Part shown: piece after piece, positions 58,001 through 64,000 of the stretch
Layout of the letters: each line of letters starts with the position of its first letter
Position numbering within the stretch: the first letter of the stretch is position 1
Assembly (NCBI GenBank): GCA_946965045.2
Contig: OX337234.1
Span: 2,294,001 to 2,358,000 of the forward strand
Direction of reading: 5' to 3'
Length of the DNA: 64,000 nucleotides
Source of the DNA: Epithemia pelagica
Lineage: Eukaryota; Protista; Bacillariophyta
The notes under the pieces: generated by a model
The model's database searches: none
The model's input: the letters and a program-made list of their open reading frames with translations, nothing else
What the model was told of the DNA's origin: nothing
Program-made: the position numbers and the translations under genes

Positions 58001-59750
58001 ATTCCAAGTACCACGCAATTATGAGGAAGCTGTCGCTCTTGATAAACAACATGGCAACACAAAGTGGCAGGATGCAACAGAATTAGAATTGTCACAGATC
58101 CAGTCCTACAAGACATTCAAGGATTTTGGGAAAGCCATCTTCATTAAAGGGAAAGTATCCAATGCACCTGAAGGATATCATAAGATACGTGTACATCTTG
58201 TCTTTGACGTAAAACATGATGGACGACATAAAGCAAGACTTGTCGCAGATGGACATCTCACAAAAGAACCTGTTGAGACAATCTATTCAGGTGTTGTTTC
58301 CATTCACAACCTCCGCATTGCCTTATTCCTGGGTACTTTGAATGACTTGGAAATATGGGGAGCAGATATTGGAAACGCATATCTGGAAGCCTTGACAGGG
58401 GAGAAAATCTTCATTGTCGCAGGACCTGAATTCAAGGAATTAGAAGGTCACATCCTGATTATATACAAGGCACTTTATGGATTGAAGTCATCAGGCGCAC
58501 GCTGGCATGATGTCTTATTCAATGTTTTGACAGACATGGGATTTTCACCAAGCAAAGCAGATCCGGATATCTGGATGAGGAAAGCACCTGGAGAAGACTG
58601 TTACAAATACATTGCCGTATACGTTGATGACTTAGCCATTATTTCTACTGATCCTGGGAATATCTGCAAGATCCTGAAGGAGAAATACAACTTCAAACTC
58701 AAAGGAGATGGACCTATTGATTTCCACTTGGGATGTTGTTACACCAAGGATTCTGATGGGACATTAGTAGCAGATCCAAGACGCTACATTGGTAAGATGA
58801 TGGACACTTTCGAACGAATCTTCAAGGAGAAACCCAAGAAAGCCAAAACACCTCTTATTGGTGGAGACCATCCTGAATTGGATGATTCTGAGCTCCTTGA
58901 TGAAGAAGGTACTAGCCATTTCCAAACTCTGATTGGACAACTCCAATGGGTGATCACTATTGGTCGTTTTGACGTCTTCACCGCTACAATGACGCTATCA
59001 CGCTTTCGTGCTGCTCCGAGGAAAGGACATCTTGATAGAGCCAAGCGTATCTATGGATACCTTGCACATCTCCCAGAAGGCGCAATCAGATTTAGGATTG
59101 GAGAGCCTGATTATTCAAGTCTTCCTACCCAAGAATTTGATTGGACTTGCACTGTCTATTCGAATGCAAGTGAACGTATTCCTGAAGACTGCCCAACACC
59201 TCTTGGCCGCTATGTTACCACAACTCATTATGTTGATGCCAATCTCATGCATGACATAGTCACTGGTAAATCCGTCACTGCTGTTCTACATTTGTTGAAC
59301 GGAACACCTATTGACTGGTACAGCAAGAGACAGAGCACGGTGGAAACTGCTACCTATGGATCCGAGTTTGTGGCTGCAAGGACAGCAATAGATCAGATTA
59401 CAGAATTACGACATTCTCTCCGCTACCTTGGAGTACCTATCCGAGAGCGAAGTTACATGTACGGAGATAACAGATCTGTTGTGCTCAATGCAACCGTTCC
59501 TCATTCCATACTATCCAAGAGACACCATCTTCTGTCATACCACCGAGTTCGTGAAGCCATCGCAGCAAAGTATGTTGCATTCAACTGGAAAGATGGAAAG
59601 ACCAACCCTGCCGATATCCTTAGCAAACATTGGGATTTCGTATCTATTTGGCCCATGCTCAAGCCATTGTTGTTTTGGAAAGGCGAAGTTCAAGACCTCA
59701 ACAAATCCAATGATGACAAGGCTGAAACGACGAGTTGTGGGGAGTGTTAG
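55017..59750 (+). pseudogene. Rest of gag-pol of B, with an in-frame TAA at 55308-55310; the ORF ends 6 nt inside the 3' LTR
   Basis: LIDRGANGG protease; ATDSVF/ISDGG/KAENRY integrase; AVYVDD RT; YVDANL, GDNRSV, PADILSK RNase H. Confidence 0.9.
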
Positions 59751-60552
59751 AATTCTCACCGTCTATGGTGGTTAGATTCTACATCTCATCGATTCCCCAT
59801 GTCACATAGCCTCGTGCTATCGCATCATGCCATCTAGCTTCGAGCTATGTTCCCTAGCTTCGCGCTATATCGACCTATATTTCTTCGCAAATCATGAAAA
59901 GTGAGAATAGATTGACGAACTCACTCTCAAGACTAAACTGGGTCGTGCGGTATTACAACGGACGTAAATTTGGCCGTTGCTCGGACATTATACTAACGCC
60001 CTAAGCGTACGCGCCCGAAATCATCGAGCGCGCCCAAGCGACATCCGAGCGCTGTCGGCATCTATCCGACCCAACGGTCTAAGTATCCCAAGCACGACAC
60101 ACGATCACGCGAGACCATATTTCCATTCCCACAATCTCCAAATTGTCAACAAGCTGCGCGCCATGAAAACAACTATGCCAATCCAAAGCAAGAGCTGTTG
60201 ACCCTGTATATGTTATCCGTCCACTAATACATGTCATATACATCACATGAATCGACTCCAACTATTCCAAACCTGTTGCCGCCAAGAACCTATGACACAT
60301 GACCCTTGGCAGGACCGAACATTTCACGTAGACCTATCGTAGTAATCAACACACAATCGAACAATATCACCATTTATCACATCCTCTTTTGTGTCCCGAC
60401 TATCCTTTTGATAGACTACGACTTGCTTTCCTCTCTTACCCGTGGAGAGGTTTGTATCGGTTGGTGACTACCTGATTGTCTGCTCTACCGAGCATCAACG
60501 CCACTGCAATTCCAAGAGAATTATCCCCCATGAGTTTGAAAGAATTGTAACA
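59745..60552 (+). repeat. 3' LTR of element B
   Basis: Matches 43938-44745. Confidence 0.95.
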
Positions 60553-63205
60553 CTACGACTCAGCGGCCAACTACCCGGAAGACAAGGAGAAATTGGGTAG
60601 GTACCTAGGTCCTGCGACGGACATGGGACCCGCACATGCAATCAAGATTTTAGCCGAGTCAGGAATGATCAAGATTCGCTCGACCTACCGACATCTGACG
60701 GACGACGAAATCCGTGACCCGACTGAAATAGAGAAGAGAAAAGACTACACGAGCAAGGTCAACGAGAAGTTAGGCAGTGTAGCTAAAGTCGAAGACTACG
60801 ATGGTCTAGTTGATGTGGAAACGCCGACCTACGAGGCGTATGAAGACGATGATGACCCCAAGCCACCGATTGCACCCGACATTGACGACATCACACCAGA
60901 CACCTACGACAACTACGTTGGAGCTGACGTCTTGTTGCCGAAGGGTGATGCAATGGTGACGGGCAAGGTGAAAAGACGGTCCAAGACCAGCGATGGCCGT
61001 CTCAAGGGGACGTCGTCCCACAACCCGATTCTAGACTCGAGAGTTTATATTGTTGAGTTTCCAGACGGCGAGACGTCTGAGTATGCCGCGAATGTCATCG
61101 CGGAAAATATGTATGCGCAGTGCGATGCCGAAGGAAACCAATTCTTGCTGTTGGACAGCATTGTTGATCATCGCAAGACCAAAGCCGCTGTCGACCACGA
61201 TAACCGCCATGTTGTTGTCCGAGGACGGAAGCACAAGAAGAAGACGACGAAAGGGTGGGAGTTGTGCGTCCAGTGGCGCGACGGATCAACGTCCTGGGAG
61301 CGCTTGGCCGGACTGAAGGAATCAAATCCGATTGAAGTGGCGGAGTACGCCGTCGCAAAGCAGATTGAAAACGAGCCAGCGTTTGATTGGTGGGTGAGTA
61401 AGTTCCTCCGACGACGAGACCGGATACTCGCCGCCGTCAACAGCCGTTATCACAAGCGGACGCACAAGTTTGGGATCGAAATCCCCAAGACTGTTGCCGA
61501 AGCATATGAACTGGACAGAAGGAACGGCAACGACTTGTGGCGAAAGGCCATCGAAAAAGAGATGGAAGCTGTTCGAGTGGCGTTCAAGTTGATGGAAGAC
61601 GACGAGAAACCAGCTCCTGGCTTCCAGGAGATCCGATGCCACATGGTTTTCGACGTAAAAATGGAAGATTTCAGGAGAAAAGCACGGTTTGTAGCGGGTG
61701 GACACACAACAGAGGCACCAGCAACATTGACTTATGCCAGTGTTGTATCCCGAGAAAGTGTTCGTATTGCCCTCACTATTGCCGCTCTCAACGACCTAGA
61801 GGTCAAAACGTCCGACATCAAGAATGCTTATTTAACTGCGCCGAACAGTGAGAAAATCTGGACTGTACTGGGCCCCGAGTTCGGGTCCAACGCTGGGAAG
61901 CGTGCATATATTGTACGAGCACTGTATGGGTTAAAGAGTGCCGGTGCGAGTTTCCGCAACCACCTTGCGAGTTGTATGAGAACTCTTGGGTACGATCCGT
62001 GCTTGGGTGCTGATCGAGACTTGTGGATGAAGCCTATGACACGTCCGAGTGACGGTCACAAGTACTACGCCTATGTATTGCTGTACGTAGACGATGTCTT
62101 GGCCATATCGCACGATGCGACTGCGATGTTACACGAGTTAGATCATTTCTTCCCTATGAAGCCGGGCTCGATCGGAAATCCTGACATGTACCTTGGAGCG
62201 AAGCTTAAGCCCATGACCATGCCCAATTCCGTTGTCAGTTGGGCCATGAGTTCGAGCAAGTATGTACAAGAAGCTGTTTCGAATGTTGAGACGTATTTGG
62301 AACGCGAGTGTGGCGGCCGTAAGCTTGCGAAACGCGCGGCGACTCCGTTCCCATCAGAATATGACCCAGTTCTGGACGTGACGCATCAACTGAATGAAGA
62401 CGAGGTGTCGTTCTACCAGTCCCAGATTGGCGTCCTCAGATGGATGGTCGAACTGGAAAGGGTGGATATCATGACCGAAACATCATTGTTAGCATCCCAA
62501 GTGGCATGTCCACGACAAGGACATTTGGAAGCAGTGTTCCATATGTATTCCTATTTGAAAAACAAGCACAATGCCAGAATGGCATTTGATCCGACCTATC
62601 CCGAGATAGACCTTCGAGAATTTCGTGAAGATTGCAATTGGAAGGAGTTCTACGGTGATGTAAAGGAGGCAGTTCCACCGAATGCACCAAAGGCACGTGG
62701 TAAAGAAGTGGATCTGCGGCTGTATGTTGACTCGGATCATGCGGGTGACAAGATGGTACGGTGATCTAGAACTGGATTCTTTGTCTTTATGAACATGGCA
62801 CCTATCATGTGGTATACCAAGCGACAAGCGACCATCGAAACATCCGTTTTTGGAGCTGAGTTTGTTGCAATGAAGACGGGCATGGAGGCCGTCAGGGGAC
62901 TACGCTACAAATTACGGATGATGGGAGTGCCGTTGTCTGGTCCTACCTATGTTTATGGCGATAATATGTCCGTGATTCATAACACATCGAAGCCAGAATC
63001 ATCGCTGAAGAAGAAGTCCAATTCTATTTGCTATCATGCTGTCAGAGAAGCCGTTGCCATGGGTGAATTGTTGACTACACATATTCCCACGCAGCATAAT
63101 CCAGCCGATTTGGCCACCAAGGTGATTCCTGGAGGGCAGAAACGCAACCATTTGTTGAGTCTGGTTCTTTGGGATATTACTGATGATCATGGATCCCCAG
63201 AGTGA
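60553..63205 (+). pseudogene. pol of A, 3' part (IN C-terminus, RT, RNase H), with a premature TGA at 62762-62764
   Basis: KARFVAGG, DIKNAYL, KALYG-like RALYGL, LYVDD, YVDSDHAG, KMVR*SRTG, GDNMSV, NPADLATK. Confidence 0.9.
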
Positions 63206-63334
63206 GTCCTCTCCTCATCTCCGTATATGAGGTTTTGTGCAGGTCTTGAGGTTTCCTGGGCTAGTTGGCCCGAATACACTTACTACTGGGATGGCAAACA
63301 GTTCTCAATGGGATCGAGTACTGTTTGAGGGGAC

Positions 63335-63488
63335 TAAGAAAGTATGTATGTCGTACGTATGAAAATCGAGAAGATAGGGAGTAGTGACTCTGTAACCTAT
63401 ATTTTAGTTCACTTCTTTGTTTTGGAATGACTTTTGTACCCGTGCACCCATGACGGTGCTCCGTATGCCCAACGGACGGGTTTTCTTA
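63335..63488 (+). repeat. 3' LTR of element A
   Basis: Matches 40000-40153. Confidence 0.92.
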
Positions 63489-63563
63489 ATTTTTCTGACG
63501 AGACGACGAAAACCTTACATCGACAATAAGGAAGGACAAGGGCCCAACAGCGACGATAAAGAT

Positions 63564-64000
63564 ATGGAAGACGAAGGAAATTTGACTCCCCGAACCGAAG
63601 TGATGGATGTAGATGGGGATATCCATCCAGAGGAATCTTATGATGAGAAGTCACTTTCGATTTCTGAAAGTGGCATGTTGGATAAAATGCCTCCAGAAAA
63701 ACACACCGATGACGAGAAGGATGGCGACTTGTTCAAACGAATGTCGAAGAATCGGTGCTCGGGGGAAGTGTTGAAGAAGTTTCCTCGATGTTGCATTTTC
63801 TTGGTGGGTGTGGTCATTCCACTTTTTGTTCTCATTTTCCTGAGCTTGTTCTTCGGCATTATTCTCGCTGGATTGGAGGCAGAAGGCGAAGTCGAGTCGA
63901 ACGACGACATTCTTGCGACACGCTTTCTAGCAAGACGAGCGCAAGATTGGGTCACAAATTTGACGGTATCGGCTCCGAGAGTTTGCCTCCACGGCTACTT
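63564..64000 (+). CDS. Membrane protein, 3'-partial (possibly a K2P-like ion channel)
   Basis: Frame is open from ATG 63564 to the window end (absent from the ORF track because there is no stop). TM IFLVGVVIPLFVLIFLSLFFGIILAGLE followed by a helical AEGEVESND segment; no pore motif visible in the window. Confidence 0.55.
   Translation, partial: MEDEGNLTPRTEVMDVDGDIHPEESYDEKSLSISESGMLDKMPPEKHTDDEKDGDLFKRMSKNRCSGEVLKKFPRCCIFLVGVVIPLFVLIFLSLFFGIILAGLEAEGEVESNDDILATRFLARRAQDWVTNLTVSAPRVCLHGY

Larger units (their letters stand above)
43938..60552 (+). mobile_element. Copia (CoDi-like) LTR retrotransposon B, inserted in the integrase of A, interrupted by C
   Basis: 808-bp LTRs at 43938-44745 and 59745-60552 (TGTTAGAATT..AATTGTAACA, no difference seen by eye); 5-bp TSD CTACG; PPT GTGGGGAG. 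Removing B restores A's frame (WVYYY-DSAANYP). Confidence 0.95.
40000..63488 (+). mobile_element. Copia (CoDi-like) LTR retrotransposon A, outermost, interrupted by element B
   Basis: Identical 154-bp LTRs at 40000-40153 and 63335-63488; flanks ATTT/ATTT; PPT GAGGGGAC before the 3' LTR; copia order gag-PR-IN-RT-RH. Confidence 0.92.

Noticed and set aside
1-64000. CRISPR arrays, tRNA/rRNA genes, telomeric repeats, prokaryotic operons
   Set aside because: None seen. The long repeats are LTR pairs, and the tRNA-like motifs are only 11-14-nt PBS complements.

Overview
Nuclear DNA of a photosynthetic stramenopile, most likely a raphid pennate diatom. Evidence: short GT-AG introns, bipartite signal+ASAFAP-like plastid presequences, and CoDi-type Ty1/copia elements. 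The window has three zones. (1) 1-4633: the 3' part of a restriction-like-endonuclease (CRE-like) non-LTR retrotransposon with two overlapping ORFs and a (TAAAA)n/A tail. (2) About 4.6-39.3 kb: gene-dense host DNA with a histidine-phosphatase-like gene, atpC, a small plastid 2Fe-2S protein, uroporphyrinogen-III methyltransferase, a plastid-targeted membrane protein fused in frame to FNR, an F-box/Lon-N protein, PAM18, UBC13, a Zn-ADH, PheRS beta, PP2C, plastid RF1, RPA3, MFAP1, an FG-GAP membrane protein and NOSIP. (3) 40000-63488: three same-orientation nested copia LTR retrotransposons (A contains B, which contains C), each with LTR pair, TSD and PPT. Main observations: all three copia elements have an LTR-adjacent sequence complementary to a tRNA anticodon stem-loop (iMet, Asn, Ile), suggesting tRNA-half priming; two have non-canonical LTR ends (TA..TA and AG..CT); element A has a gag/pol UGA inside a tandem hairpin; and there is a COG2426-like membrane domain-FNR fusion. 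Splice models, LTR comparisons and family assignments were made by eye from motifs, with no database search.
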